Positions 21,043 to 31,324 of a stretch of 44,564 nucleotides of DNA are shown here, piece by piece. The notes beneath the pieces are model-generated. The model was not told the DNA's origin. It made no database searches and saw nothing but the letters and a program-made list of their open reading frames with translations. Both the position numbers and the translations under genes were made by a program. Location: contig CAAHEJ010000025.1 in the NCBI GenBank assembly GCA_900772495.1, forward strand, positions 1-44,564. The letters run 5' to 3'. Positions within the stretch are counted from its first letter, which is position 1; each line of letters opens with the position of its first letter. This stretch comes from an uncultured Campylobacter sp. (lineage in GTDB: Bacteria > Campylobacterota > Campylobacteria > Campylobacterales > Campylobacteraceae).

Positions 21043-21879
21043 TTAGCCATTGAGCAAAAGTAAGCTAAACGCCATCACGCCCATTCCCACGAGCAAACCA
21101 TAAAGGCAGTGATGAGCCTTGCCGTAGAATTTCGCCGCAGGCAAAAGCTCATCAAAAGAAATATACACCATTATCCCCGCCACAAGCGCAAAAATCACCG
21201 CTAGCACGGTTTCGCTCATAAAGGGCAAAAGCGCCAAAGCACACACAAGCGCACCCAAAGGCTCGCTAAGCCCTGAAAGCGTGGCATACACAAAGGCTTT
21301 TTTCTTGCTGCCTGTGGAGTGATAAATCGGCAAGGACACCATCATACCCTCTGGTATGTTGTGTATCATCACAGCCAAAGCTATCACAAGCCCGAAAGAA
21401 AAGTCGCTCAGCGTAGATATAAAGGTCGCAAAGCCCTCAGGGAAGTTATGTAGGGCGATGATGATAGCAAGCAAAACGCCCATTCTTTGCAGCTTTTTGG
21501 TGTGATATGGAGCTTTTTGCTCACCCACAAGCTCGAATTTAAGCTCTTTGTAGGCGTTTTGTTCTTGCTTGTGCAAGTCATTTGGTATGAGTTTATCCAC
21601 AAGGGCTGAGAGCAAAATGCCTATAAAAAAGCACACCAAGCCCAAAATCTTGTCCCAAATGCCTAAATTTAGGCTAGAAAACCCCTCAAAAGCCTCAGGC
21701 AAAATCTCCATAAAAGAGATATAAATCATCACGCCCGCTGAAAAGCTAAGCCCTATGGATAAGACTTTTGGGCTGTCTTTTTTGAGAAAAAACACCGCCA
21801 CAGCACCGATACAGGTAGAAATCCCAGCAAGCAAGGACAGCAAAAAGGCGATGAAAATTTGATAAGTGCTAAATTCCAT
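21043..21879 (-). CDS. zupT: ZIP-family zinc transporter
   Basis: SAGVMIYISFME, HNFPEG, HNIPEG, ISFDELLP. Confidence 0.93.
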   Translation of the reverse strand: MEFSTYQIFIAFLLSLLAGISTCIGAVAVFFLKKDSPKVLSIGLSFSAGVMIYISFMEILPEAFEGFSSLNLGIWDKILGLVCFFIGILLSALVDKLIPNDLHKQEQNAYKELKFELVGEQKAPYHTKKLQRMGVLLAIIIALHNFPEGFATFISTLSDFSFGLVIALAVMIHNIPEGMMVSLPIYHSTGSKKKAFVYATLSGLSEPLGALVCALALLPFMSETVLAVIFALVAGIMVYISFDELLPAAKFYGKAHHCLYGLLVGMGVMAFSLLLLNG

Positions 21880-22006
21880 TTGCTTTCTTTCGTTTGAAAC
21901 TCATTTAAAAATAAAATGATAGCATAAAATAACATAAATTTGGTGTTTTTTGTGGTGCTTTCATTTGTCTTTTTTTACTACAATACTTTTTTTGTAAGGA
22001 AAATTT

Positions 22007-23419
22007 ATGTTTAAATCCTTTTTTAGCACGCCAAAATGGGCGTTGTGGGCGTATGGCGGGCTTTTTTTGCTGCTCTTTTTTCTCTACATACAAACAAGCC
22101 TAAATGTCGCTATAAACGAGTGGTATAAGGACTTTTATGACATTTTGCAAAAGCCAAAAATTCAAAGCAAAGTCGAGCAAAAAGCAAGGCAAGATGATGA
22201 AACACAAGGTCAAATTTTAAGCCAAGATGAGTTTTTAAACGCCGTAAAAGCCCTAAATTTAGAGCTTTTAAACGATGATAATCAAAGCCTAAATTTCGCG
22301 CTCATTTACGACAAAGCCAAAGAATTTAGCACGCAAAATTCAGCGCAAATGCAAAATTTAAATTTTCAAGCACTCGCCGCGCAAAAAGGCATAAATTTAG
22401 ACATTTTTATCAGCACAGCCAAGCATTATGCCGCCGCAAAGGCAGCACAAGAAAAACTTGACGGGGCGAATTTCCTTAACAAATTTTCGCTTTATTTTTA
22501 CCAAAGCCTGCTCGAACACTTTTTTAACGCGCGCAGCATAAGCGGCGAAAACGCTTACAGCATAGGGATTTTTTACGCGATGATATGGGTTTTTCTTTGC
22601 ATAGCCTTGCCTTATGTCTTAATATCCACGATAAATGTGTATTTTGCGAGCATTTACGCACTCAAATGGCGCGAAGCGATGACTTTTGAGTATCTTGCCT
22701 TTTGGAAAGCAAAGGACGACAACATAGAAGGTAGCTCGCAGCGCATACAAGAGGACATTTACAACTTTTCTAAAATAGTAGAAAGCCTAGGGCTAGCCTT
22801 TATCCGCGCTTTGATGATACTTTTTGCCTTTATACCCATACTTTGGACTTTAAGCGGGGTTATCGCCGCGCCACTTTTTGAGGGCATAGATGAAAATTCC
22901 ATTTTCGCTCCGCTCAAACACATAGACGGGCTTTTGGTTTATGTCGCCCTTTTCATCAGCCTTGGCGGGCTTTTCATCTCGTGGTTTGTCGGCATAAAGC
23001 TACCTGGGCTTGAATACAACAACCAAAAAGCCGAAGCCGCCTTTCGTAAAGAACTTGTTTTTGCGGAGGATAACAGGCGTGATTATGCCACGCGTGAAAC
23101 GATGATAGAGCTTTTCACGGGGCTTAAATTCAACTACAAAAGGCTTTTTTTGCACTATGGATACTTTAACATTTGGCTCATCTTGTTTGAGCAAATCATC
23201 GTCATAGTGCCGTTTCTCATAGTCGCTCCGTCTTTGTTTGCTGGTGCTATCGGGCTTGGCGTGGTGATGCAAATGAACAATGCCTTTGACCAAGTGCGTA
23301 GCTCGTTTAGCGTTTTTATCACAAATTGGACAAAAATCACAGAATTAAGAAGCATACACAAGCGTTTGCGTGAATTTGAGGAAAATATCGAGTATAGGAA
23401 AAGAAAGCGCAATCAGTAG
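22007..23419 (+). CDS. SbmA/BacA-like peptide transporter
   Basis: INEWY..FYD, IEGSSQRIQED, LPGLEYNNQKAEAAFRKELV, NAFDQVRSSF. Confidence 0.85.
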   Translation: MFKSFFSTPKWALWAYGGLFLLLFFLYIQTSLNVAINEWYKDFYDILQKPKIQSKVEQKARQDDETQGQILSQDEFLNAVKALNLELLNDDNQSLNFALIYDKAKEFSTQNSAQMQNLNFQALAAQKGINLDIFISTAKHYAAAKAAQEKLDGANFLNKFSLYFYQSLLEHFFNARSISGENAYSIGIFYAMIWVFLCIALPYVLISTINVYFASIYALKWREAMTFEYLAFWKAKDDNIEGSSQRIQEDIYNFSKIVESLGLAFIRALMILFAFIPILWTLSGVIAAPLFEGIDENSIFAPLKHIDGLLVYVALFISLGGLFISWFVGIKLPGLEYNNQKAEAAFRKELVFAEDNRRDYATRETMIELFTGLKFNYKRLFLHYGYFNIWLILFEQIIVIVPFLIVAPSLFAGAIGLGVVMQMNNAFDQVRSSFSVFITNWTKITELRSIHKRLREFEENIEYRKRKRNQ

Positions 23420-23453
23420 CGGACTTGTTGGCAAACAACAATTTCATTCAGTT

Positions 23454-24227
23454 TTACTTTTTGCTTTGATAAAGCTCATAAAGCTTTGCGTAGCGGTAAA
23501 ATGCGCCCTCAGCATTAAGCAATGCCACGATAAAGCCCTTATAGCCATACAAAAAGCCCTTTCGCAAAAAATAATCCCTAAAAAAAGTAAGATGAAAACG
23601 CAAAATCGCTCCCAAAAAGCTTGTTTTCTTGCCTTTTTTAGCTTTCTCATCGGCTGAAAAGCTGGTGTAGCGGTTCATTTTGGTGATGATACTTTCTATA
23701 TCGTTGAAAGCATAGTGTTTAAGCGCGTTTTTAAGATAAATTTTTTCAGCATTTTGCGGGATTTTCACGCTTTCGTGGACAAAATTGTCATTAAAGCCCG
23801 TGAAATTTTTGTTAAAAATCCGCCACACAAAGTCAGGATACCACCCGCAAGCCTTTATCCACTCGCCATCATAAAGGTTTTTTCGTCCCAAAGCCACAAC
23901 ACAATTTTGCTTTAAATCAAACGCCTTAATTTCGCTTAAAGCCTCATTTTCAAGCACTTCATCGCTGTCTATGCTTAAAATCCACTCGTTTTTTGCAAAG
24001 CTTACGCATAAATTTTTAAGCGCCCCAAAGCCGATGAATTCGCTCTTTTCTATGCGTAAATTTTTATACGCTGTGTTAAATTCTTGCGCGATTTGCAAGG
24101 TTTTATCTGTGCTGTTATTATCCAAAAGCACGATTTCGCCAAACTCACGCAAGGACTCTAAACACTGCGGTAAAGTGTTTTGCGCGTTTTTCACAAGTAT
24201 GCAAACGCTGATTTTTTTAGTATCCAT
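23454..24227 (-). CDS. GT2 glycosyltransferase (LOS/LPS core beta-glucosyltransferase-like)
   Basis: ISVCILVKNA, LDNNSTDKT, GFGALKN, WILSIDSDE, GWYPD, VHES, GFLYGYKG. Confidence 0.88.
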   Translation of the reverse strand: MDTKKISVCILVKNAQNTLPQCLESLREFGEIVLLDNNSTDKTLQIAQEFNTAYKNLRIEKSEFIGFGALKNLCVSFAKNEWILSIDSDEVLENEALSEIKAFDLKQNCVVALGRKNLYDGEWIKACGWYPDFVWRIFNKNFTGFNDNFVHESVKIPQNAEKIYLKNALKHYAFNDIESIITKMNRYTSFSADEKAKKGKKTSFLGAILRFHLTFFRDYFLRKGFLYGYKGFIVALLNAEGAFYRYAKLYELYQSKK

Positions 24228-25542
24228 ATTTGTCCTTTATTTCAATGTTTTGCTCATCAAAAAGCCCTTGCCACATTTTCATCACTGCGTTTTTGCCAAA
24301 CTTCTCACTCACAACCTGCTTTGCCTCTGTGCCAAAATTAAAGCGTAAATTTTCATCACGCATTAAAAGCATAAGTTTGTCCGCATAGCCTTGCAAGTCA
24401 TTGTCCTCCACTAAAAACCCGCTTTTTTCATTTTCTATTATGTCGCTTGGTCCTGTTTTTACATCAAAGGCGATACAAGGCAAGGCGTAACTAGAAGCCT
24501 CTGCTAGCACCATTCCAAAGCCTTCAAAGTGCGAACTCATCGCATAAATGCTTGCATTTAAATACTCTTTTTCTATCTGCTTGGTAAAGGGCTTTAAGAT
24601 GACGCTTTCTTGTAAATTTAGGGCTTTAATCTTGCTTTCAAGCTCTTTTTTTAAAACGCCATCGCCTACGATGATGAGTCGCCATTGTGTTAGGTTATCG
24701 TCATTGCGAGAATCTAGGCTTTTGTCGTTTTGAGATACCTTTATCTTGTCATTTTGAGCCGTAGGCGAAAAATCCACACAATTTTTGTTTTGACACTCTG
24801 CATTCAGTAGTCTGTTTTCCGTCTTTTGTATGGATACTTCGCTACACTTTGTTTCGCTCAGTATGACGGAGTATGGCGGATTTTTAATAGATTCTTGCAC
24901 GATTCTCCAAATGTCAAGTAGCCTAAAAAAGCCCTTTTGATCGCCTTTATCCATTCGCCCTACGCTTAAAACTGCCTTTTGTGAGTAAGTCGTGCTAAGG
25001 CTAGGAATTTGTGGCAAGAAATTTGGGATTACACGGACAAAGTTGTGATAGCGTTGCCAAAGGGGAAGTTCTTTTGATGAGGGGATTACAAGCGTATCAA
25101 AAAGGGCGAGTTTTTTACGCATTTTTTTGGGTGCGTTTAAATGCCAAAGCCTTATATATAGTGGTTTGTGTGGATTTTGCGAGTTTTTAAAAAAGCAAGT
25201 TTTGTCTTTAAAAAGTGGCACAAACCATCCATCATTTGCTAAAATAATGTCGCTTTTTTGCGCGAGTTTATGCACTCGGTAGCTAAAAATCAAACGAAAC
25301 AGCGTTTTGTTGAGTAGCGTTATAAGTGGATTTTTGCTTTTTGCTTTGGCATTGCAAAGATAGGTGCAAGTAAGAGTAGAATCCAACGCATAGCACGGCT
25401 TTTCTTGACTATGAAAAAAACTCACAATTTGCACTTTTTGCCCTAAATCTTGCACAAAGGCATTTGCTAAATTCACGCCCACGCGCTCACCCCCGCCAGC
25501 TTCTGTAATGTCTTTGAGTATGATGAGAATGTGTTTTTGCAT
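24217..25542 (-). CDS. GT4 glycosyltransferase with in-frame palindromic-repeat insertion
   Basis: GGGERV, VIPN, VGR..QKG, IVGDG, SHFEGFGMVLAEA, GPSDII; ATG at 25542 with AAGG SD. Confidence 0.9.
   Translation of the reverse strand: MQKHILIILKDITEAGGGERVGVNLANAFVQDLGQKVQIVSFFHSQEKPCYALDSTLTCTYLCNAKAKSKNPLITLLNKTLFRLIFSYRVHKLAQKSDIILANDGWFVPLFKDKTCFFKNSQNPHKPLYIRLWHLNAPKKMRKKLALFDTLVIPSSKELPLWQRYHNFVRVIPNFLPQIPSLSTTYSQKAVLSVGRMDKGDQKGFFRLLDIWRIVQESIKNPPYSVILSETKCSEVSIQKTENRLLNAECQNKNCVDFSPTAQNDKIKVSQNDKSLDSRNDDNLTQWRLIIVGDGVLKKELESKIKALNLQESVILKPFTKQIEKEYLNASIYAMSSHFEGFGMVLAEASSYALPCIAFDVKTGPSDIIENEKSGFLVEDNDLQGYADKLMLLMRDENLRFNFGTEAKQVVSEKFGKNAVMKMWQGLFDEQNIEIKDKYGY
24700..24867. repeat. Intragenic REP-like cluster (inverted pair plus two truncated copies)
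   Basis: Plus strand TGTCATTTTGAGCCGTAGGCGAAAAATCCA at 24747-24776. Minus strand GTCATACTGAGCGAAACAAAGTGTAGCGAAGTATCCATA at 24829-24867. Stubs GTCATTGCGAG at 24700 and TGTCGTTTTGAG at 24723. Confidence 0.85.
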
Positions 25543-25666
25543 TTTATGCCTTTTGTGAGTGTGCAAAAATGTGCGGAAATTTCACATTGAAGCACAAATA
25601 ACACAAAAAATTATATTCAAAACTTTGTTGTTTAGCCCATAAATTTTTCACTATTGCTTTCAATTT

Positions 25667-26653
25667 TCACTCCAAAACCACGCCTTCATTATACACCACT
25701 TCGCCGATGATGAAAGCGTCCGAGTTTTCAAGCACTTTGGCGACATTTTGCGCGCTTACGATGAGGGCTAATCCCACGCCCATATTAAAGCTGCGATACA
25801 TTTCAAGCTCATCTACGCACTCACCGATTTGATAAAAGATTTCAGGCGTTTTTAAGTGGTGCTTGTGTATCACCGCGCCTAATCCAGCGGGCAAAACTCG
25901 GGGTAGATTTTCAAGCAAGCCCCCGCCTGTGATGTGCGCTAGGGCGTTGATGAAAGGCTTTAAGCGTAAAAAGTCTTTTACATAAAGGCGAGTAGGCATT
26001 AGCAAGGTTTCAATGAGTGAATTTTGCCCGATTTTATCGTCAAATTTAAGTTTCAACTCATCAAAAAGCACCTTTCTAGCAAGTGAAAAGCCGTTTGAAT
26101 GCAGCCCAGAGCTTGGTAAAGCAAGGATTATGTCGCCATTTTGCACGAATTTTCGCCTGTCAATCTCGCTTTGCTCGGCTATGCCTACCGCGAAGCCCGC
26201 TATGTCAAAGTCGGTGGGCGCATACATTGATGGCATTTCGGCTGTCTCGCCGCCGATGAGAGCGCATTCGCACTCTTTGCAAGCAAAAGCTATGCTTTTT
26301 AGCACGCTTTGAGCGGTGTTTAAGTCTAATTTGCCTGTGGCGTAGTAATCCAAAAAAAACAAGGGCTTTGCAAAGTTGCAAATCAAGTCATTTACGCACA
26401 TAGCAACCAAATCCTGCCCTATACCATCGAAATTTTTAGCGTCTATGGCAAGGCGAAGTTTTGTGCCTACGCCGTCTGTGGCGGCTAACAACACGGGGTT
26501 TTTGTAGCCACTTGGCAAGGCAAACGCGCCCGAAAAAGAGCCGATTCCCCCAACAACGCCCTGCGTGAAAGTGCTTTTTACCAGCGGTTTTATGCTTTCA
26601 ACAAAGGCGTTACCCCTGTCAATGCTCACTCCTGCTTGTTCGTAGCTTATCAT
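25667..26653 (-). CDS. purM: AIR synthetase
   Basis: YEQAGVSI, TDGVGTK, GGETAEMP, SSGLHSNG, HITGGG, FNMGVG. Confidence 0.97.
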   Translation of the reverse strand: MISYEQAGVSIDRGNAFVESIKPLVKSTFTQGVVGGIGSFSGAFALPSGYKNPVLLAATDGVGTKLRLAIDAKNFDGIGQDLVAMCVNDLICNFAKPLFFLDYYATGKLDLNTAQSVLKSIAFACKECECALIGGETAEMPSMYAPTDFDIAGFAVGIAEQSEIDRRKFVQNGDIILALPSSGLHSNGFSLARKVLFDELKLKFDDKIGQNSLIETLLMPTRLYVKDFLRLKPFINALAHITGGGLLENLPRVLPAGLGAVIHKHHLKTPEIFYQIGECVDELEMYRSFNMGVGLALIVSAQNVAKVLENSDAFIIGEVVYNEGVVLE

Positions 26654-26711
26654 CGCTAATCCTTAAAAATTTTTGGCTATTATAGCTTAAATTCTTTTAA
26701 AAAAGGTTGCG

Positions 26712-27287
26712 ATGAAAAGGGTGTTTTTTGTAACGGGCGGCATTGCAAGTGGCAAGTCAAGTTTTATGCAAATAGCGAGTGAGCGGGGATTTGCGTGCAT
26801 TAGTGCTGATAAGGTAGCGCATCAAATTTTAGAGCAAAATGGGCGTGAGCTTGCTGAGTATTTGGGCATTTCAAGCTTTTTGCAAGATGGGGCGGTAAAT
26901 AGAAAAAAACTTGGCGAACTTGTTTTTGATGATAAATCTTTGCGAAAAAAGCTTGAAAGCTTTATGCACCCTAAAATTTACGCTATCATAAGGGCTTGGC
27001 TTGCAAAACAAAAGGGCGTTGTTTTTGCGGAAATTCCTTTGTTTTTTGAGAGTAAAAATTATGAAAATTTAGGCGAAGTTATCTTAATCTACGCTCCAAA
27101 AGAGCTTTGTTTAAAGCGTTTAATGGCGAGAAATGATTTAAATTTAAATGAGGCAAATTTAAGGATAAAGGCACAAATTGACATAGAAAAAAAACGAAAA
27201 CTTGCCGACATAATCATCGAAAATATAGGCTCAAATGATGAATTTAAAGCAAAATGTGCTGAGTTTTTTGGGAAGTTAAAGGCATAA
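26712..27287 (+). CDS. coaE: Dephospho-CoA kinase
   Basis: TGGIASGKS, ADKVAH, NRKKLGELVF, MHP, EIPLFFE. Confidence 0.95.
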   Translation: MKRVFFVTGGIASGKSSFMQIASERGFACISADKVAHQILEQNGRELAEYLGISSFLQDGAVNRKKLGELVFDDKSLRKKLESFMHPKIYAIIRAWLAKQKGVVFAEIPLFFESKNYENLGEVILIYAPKELCLKRLMARNDLNLNEANLRIKAQIDIEKKRKLADIIIENIGSNDEFKAKCAEFFGKLKA

Positions 27288-27304
27288 AAATCCGTTTTTC
27301 AAAA

Positions 27305-27315
27305 TGCGGTATAAT
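27305..27315 (+). promoter_or_regulatory. sigma70 -10 box for dapF
   Basis: TGCGGTATAAT 22 nt upstream of the GTG start, followed by an AAGGA SD. Confidence 0.55.
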
Positions 27316-27337
27316 TTACAAAAATTAAGGAAAAAGC

Positions 27338-28201
27338 GTGGAATTTTACAAGTATTGTGCAAGTGGCAATGACTTTGTCATCTATGCTGATGAGGGCAAA
27401 AAGGACAGAAGCGAGCTAGCCAAAATGCTATGCGATAGGCACAGCGGCATAGGTGCGGACGGGCTTATCGCCATTTTACCGAGTGGCAAAAGCGATGAAA
27501 ATGGCGGAAGACAAGAAAATGCAAGCCTTAAAAATAAAGCAAAGCAAAAGTGCGAAATCAGCCAAAAATGCCCCAAAAACAGCGCAAAGCAAAAGCCCCA
27601 AAACCACGATTTTGAGTGGGATTTTTACAACTGCGATGGCAGTGCGCCCCTTATGTGTGGCAACGGCGCACGCGCGGCGGCTCATTTTGCCGTGCATTTT
27701 TTGGGAAAAAGCGCGAATTTAGCCTTTCTCACAAAGGCTGGACTCATCAGGGCTAGCGTTAAGAAAGATTCAGTAGAAATCACGCTTGGAGTGGTAAAAG
27801 ATGAAAAAGCGCCCTTTGAATTTGAGGGCAAAATTTGGCAGGGTTGTGATACAGGCGTGCCGCATTTGGTGCATTTTTGCAAGGATTTAGGCGAGTTTGA
27901 CTTGCGCCTTTGCCAAAGTCTGCGTGAAAAATTCAACGCAAATGTGAATTTCGCCCAAATTTTAAGCCCCACGCATTTAAGGGTGCGCACTTATGAGCGA
28001 GGAGTGGAAGATGAAACGCTGGCGTGTGGCACGGGAATGGCGGCGAGTTTTTACCTAGCGCACAAAAACAAAGCCCTACAAAATGGTGTTTTAGTCGAGC
28101 CAAAAAGCGGCGAGCGGCTAAATTTACGCTATGAAAATGGGCAAATCTTTTTCAAGGGCGAAGTGAGGTGCTGTTTTGAAGCCAAGTATCATTTTTCTTA
28201 G
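27338..28201 (+). CDS. dapF: Diaminopimelate epimerase with about 40-aa hydrophilic insertion
   Basis: ASGNDF, DRHSGIGADG, MCGNG, GVPH, ERGVEDETLACGTG. Confidence 0.95.
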   Translation: MEFYKYCASGNDFVIYADEGKKDRSELAKMLCDRHSGIGADGLIAILPSGKSDENGGRQENASLKNKAKQKCEISQKCPKNSAKQKPQNHDFEWDFYNCDGSAPLMCGNGARAAAHFAVHFLGKSANLAFLTKAGLIRASVKKDSVEITLGVVKDEKAPFEFEGKIWQGCDTGVPHLVHFCKDLGEFDLRLCQSLREKFNANVNFAQILSPTHLRVRTYERGVEDETLACGTGMAASFYLAHKNKALQNGVLVEPKSGERLNLRYENGQIFFKGEVRCCFEAKYHFS

Positions 28202-28886
28202 CCTTTTTGCGCCCTTTTTGATGATGGGCATTGAGGGCGGATTTGATGAGAGTTATTATCAACTGCCTATCAACGAAAAGCGCAAAATTTTTGTGGAAAA
28301 AATAAACCAAATGCTTGACATAGCCTTTGAAAAAGTGCTGAAAGAAAGGGAGTTTGCGCTTAATTTTTTAAACGAGGGCGCAAAGGCTGGGTATAGGAAT
28401 TTAGACCAAGAAAAGCTTGAAAAACTCACGCAAATTCAGCAAAAATACCGCATAAAAAACCTTTTTGACACGAAAGCCTATCAAAAAAAAATCGACACAA
28501 TCCCCAAATCACTAGGCATAGCGCAGGCTTTGGTAGAAAGCGCAACAGGCACGAGCCGTTTCACGCGCGAGGCGAACAATCTTTTTGGCGAATGGACTTG
28601 GGGCGGTAAGGGTTTAGTGCCGAAAAAACGCGCCAAAGGCAAGACTCACAAGGTAAAAATCTTTGACAGCCTACAAGAAAGCGTGGAGTCCTACCTACTC
28701 AACCTCAACAGGCATCACACTTATGAGGAATTTCGCACGCTACGCCTTGAATATCGCGCTAAAAACAAGCCATTTAAGGGGCTTGATGCCATACACACGA
28801 TGAGAAACTACGCCTCCATAAAGGAAAAATATGTAGAAATCCTGCGAAGCGTTATCACTAAATACAAGCTGAGTAAGTATGATTAA
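28176..28886 (+). CDS. Glucosaminidase-domain (Bax/FlgJ-like) exported protein
   Basis: N-terminal hydrophobic leader; AQALVESATGTSRF..ANNLFG, YLLNLNRH. Confidence 0.8.
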   Translation: MKPSIIFLSLFAPFLMMGIEGGFDESYYQLPINEKRKIFVEKINQMLDIAFEKVLKEREFALNFLNEGAKAGYRNLDQEKLEKLTQIQQKYRIKNLFDTKAYQKKIDTIPKSLGIAQALVESATGTSRFTREANNLFGEWTWGGKGLVPKKRAKGKTHKVKIFDSLQESVESYLLNLNRHHTYEEFRTLRLEYRAKNKPFKGLDAIHTMRNYASIKEKYVEILRSVITKYKLSKYD

Positions 28887-29072
28887 ATGGTTTTTGTTTG
28901 AAATAGAGAAAAACTCAAAAGAACCAACACATCTAAATACTACTGCTACTCTCTTTTTATCTTTTAAAAACCAAGAATTACACTTTTTAAGCTTTTAAAG
29001 TAGATACTTCGCCAAAGGATTAGTAGAGTAAAAATTTAGGGTATTATCCACCTCTCCGCAAAAAAATGGCTT

Positions 29073-30149
29073 TTAGCCGTTCTTTCTGGCAAATTCTTTC
29101 ATAAATTCCACAAGAGTTTGGCACTGCTCTAAGGTGATGGCGTTGTAAAGGCTCGCGCGAATGCCACCCAAAAGGCGGTGTCCTTTAAGCCCTATCATAC
29201 CAGCCTTTTCAGCCTCTTGCACGAAAAGCGGCTCTAAATCAGCATTTGCCGCGACATTAAAGCTCACATTCATCAGTGAGCGCGAGTTTAACTCACTATG
29301 CCCCTTGTAAAAACCGCCGCTAGTGTCGATGCACTCATACACGAGCCTTGCTTTGGCTTGATTTTGCTCGTTGATTTTATCAAGCCCGCCTTGCGCGGCA
29401 AGCCACTGCATTTCAAGGGCAAACATATATATCGCAAAGGTGGGTGGGGTATTAAAAAGTGAGTTGTTTTCGCTATGAACGGCGTATTTAAGCATACTTG
29501 GGACCTTTTTAGCCGCACTTTTTTCTATCATATCCTTACGCATAAAAACGCAAGCTAGCCCCGAAATACCAGCGTTTTTCTGCACGCCTCCGTAAAATAC
29601 GGCTATATCGCTAAAATCAACCTTGCGAGAGAAAAAATCACTTGACGCATCGACAATGAGCGGAGCTTTGCTCTTTGGATAGCTTTGATACTGCGTGCCG
29701 TAAATGGTGTTGTTTGAGCAAATGTAGGTATAATCAGCATTATCGCTAAATTTCACCTCAGGGATAAAGCTAAATTTAGCATCCTCGCTGCTTGCTACGA
29801 CTCTAACATTTGCGCCTAAAATTTGGGCTTCTTTTATAGCCTTTTTCGTCCAAACGCCTGTGTTAGCGTATTCACACACGCCACCATTGCTGAAATTCAT
29901 CGGCACCATCGCAAACTGCAAGCTCGCCCCGCCTTGCAAAAACAGCACTTCATAATCATCGCCTAATCCGTAAAGCTCTTTTGCCTTACTCATCGCGCCA
30001 AAATGCACTTCCTCAAAGATTTTGGTGCGGTGGCTTATCTCCATTATCGAAAAGCCCTTGCCTTGATAATCATACAGCTCATCTTGCGCCCTTTTTAGCA
30101 CGGTTTCAGGCAGTGTCGAAGGTCCTGCGCTAAAATTGATTTTTCTCAT
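29073..30149 (-). CDS. serC: Phosphoserine aminotransferase
   Basis: [47 protein letters not shown]. Confidence 0.97.
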   Translation of the reverse strand: MRKINFSAGPSTLPETVLKRAQDELYDYQGKGFSIMEISHRTKIFEEVHFGAMSKAKELYGLGDDYEVLFLQGGASLQFAMVPMNFSNGGVCEYANTGVWTKKAIKEAQILGANVRVVASSEDAKFSFIPEVKFSDNADYTYICSNNTIYGTQYQSYPKSKAPLIVDASSDFFSRKVDFSDIAVFYGGVQKNAGISGLACVFMRKDMIEKSAAKKVPSMLKYAVHSENNSLFNTPPTFAIYMFALEMQWLAAQGGLDKINEQNQAKARLVYECIDTSGGFYKGHSELNSRSLMNVSFNVAANADLEPLFVQEAEKAGMIGLKGHRLLGGIRASLYNAITLEQCQTLVEFMKEFARKNG

Positions 30150-30160
30150 TTTTGTCCTTT

Positions 30161-31324
30161 TTAAAGAATTTGCGCTTCTTTGCTCAAATTCTGTGAATGC
30201 AAGGTGATTATATCATCTTTGTGTAAATGTTCAAGCAACACGGTTTTGCCGTCTTTTTTAAGCGACACAAAAGCCTTGCTTTTTTCAAAAAAATGCGCGT
30301 GCTGTGAAAAAGCCTGCTCGCACTGCTTTAATTTTAACCCACCTTGCTCGAATTTCGCGCTTAAATTCAGCTCAAAATTATGGCGCAAAAAGTCCAAATT
30401 TGCGAGTTTTTCGCTGATGATTTTGCTTAAAGAGTTTGCTTTTAAGAGCTTTTGGAGTGAATTTAGCTCATTTTGTAGCGATGAAAGCTTGTTTTGCATT
30501 AAATTTTTAAATTTATCATCAAGCAAATCAAGGCTTTGAGCTAAATCATTCTTACTTAAAAAGCACATATCTATGGCTGCGCTGGGCGTTGGTGCGCGTA
30601 AATCTGCGACAAAATCGCTGATGACATAGTCTATCTCGTGTCCTATGGCTGAGATTATGGGCGTTTGAGCGTTGTAAATGGCGCGCGCTAAGCCCTCGTC
30701 ATTAAAGCAAAACAAATCCTCCCTGCTGCCCCCGCCCCTTGCGATGATGATGAAATCAAGCCCCATTAAATCCGCTTTTTGTAGGGCTTTGATGAGTGAA
30801 TTTGGCGCGCTTGCTCCTTGTGTAAGGGCGTTAAAGATGAAAAATTTAGCTAAAAAGCACTCTTTTTGGCTGATGAGCTTCATCATATCTTGCAAAGCCG
30901 CCGAAGTAAAACTTGTGATGATGCCCACTTTTTCGGGGTGAGCGGGAATTTGCTTTTTGTGAGCGTTGTCAAAAAGTCCCTCTTTTTCAAGCCTTTCTTT
31001 AAGGGCTAAAAATTTCGCCTCCAAGTCCCCAGCACCAGCCTTTTTAAGCTCTTTGGCGATGAACTGAAAACGCCCACTTGCCTCATACAAGCTCACAAAC
31101 CCCACTAAATCGACTAAATCCCCAACTTGTGGCTTAAAATTCACACGCGAATTTGCGCCCTTAAACATAGCACAAGCAAGGCTTGCTTTCTCATCTTTAA
31201 GCTCAAAATACCAATGCCCCGAGTTATGCAGGGTGATTTTTGAAATCTCCCCACTTAATGTTATGTCATCAAAATGCGCTTCAAGCAGGCTTTTCGCCTT
31301 TAAATTCAGCTCACTAACGGTCAT
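30161..31324 (-). CDS. xseA: Exonuclease VII large subunit
   Basis: GEIS..SGHWYF.LKD, ARGGGS.EDL..FN, SAIGHE.D, APTPSAA. Confidence 0.96.
   Translation of the reverse strand: MTVSELNLKAKSLLEAHFDDITLSGEISKITLHNSGHWYFELKDEKASLACAMFKGANSRVNFKPQVGDLVDLVGFVSLYEASGRFQFIAKELKKAGAGDLEAKFLALKERLEKEGLFDNAHKKQIPAHPEKVGIITSFTSAALQDMMKLISQKECFLAKFFIFNALTQGASAPNSLIKALQKADLMGLDFIIIARGGGSREDLFCFNDEGLARAIYNAQTPIISAIGHEIDYVISDFVADLRAPTPSAAIDMCFLSKNDLAQSLDLLDDKFKNLMQNKLSSLQNELNSLQKLLKANSLSKIISEKLANLDFLRHNFELNLSAKFEQGGLKLKQCEQAFSQHAHFFEKSKAFVSLKKDGKTVLLEHLHKDDIITLHSQNLSKEAQIL

Noticed and set aside
23454..25542. Phase-variable poly-G tracts in the glycosyltransferases
   Set aside because: I saw no G/C run of 8 or more.
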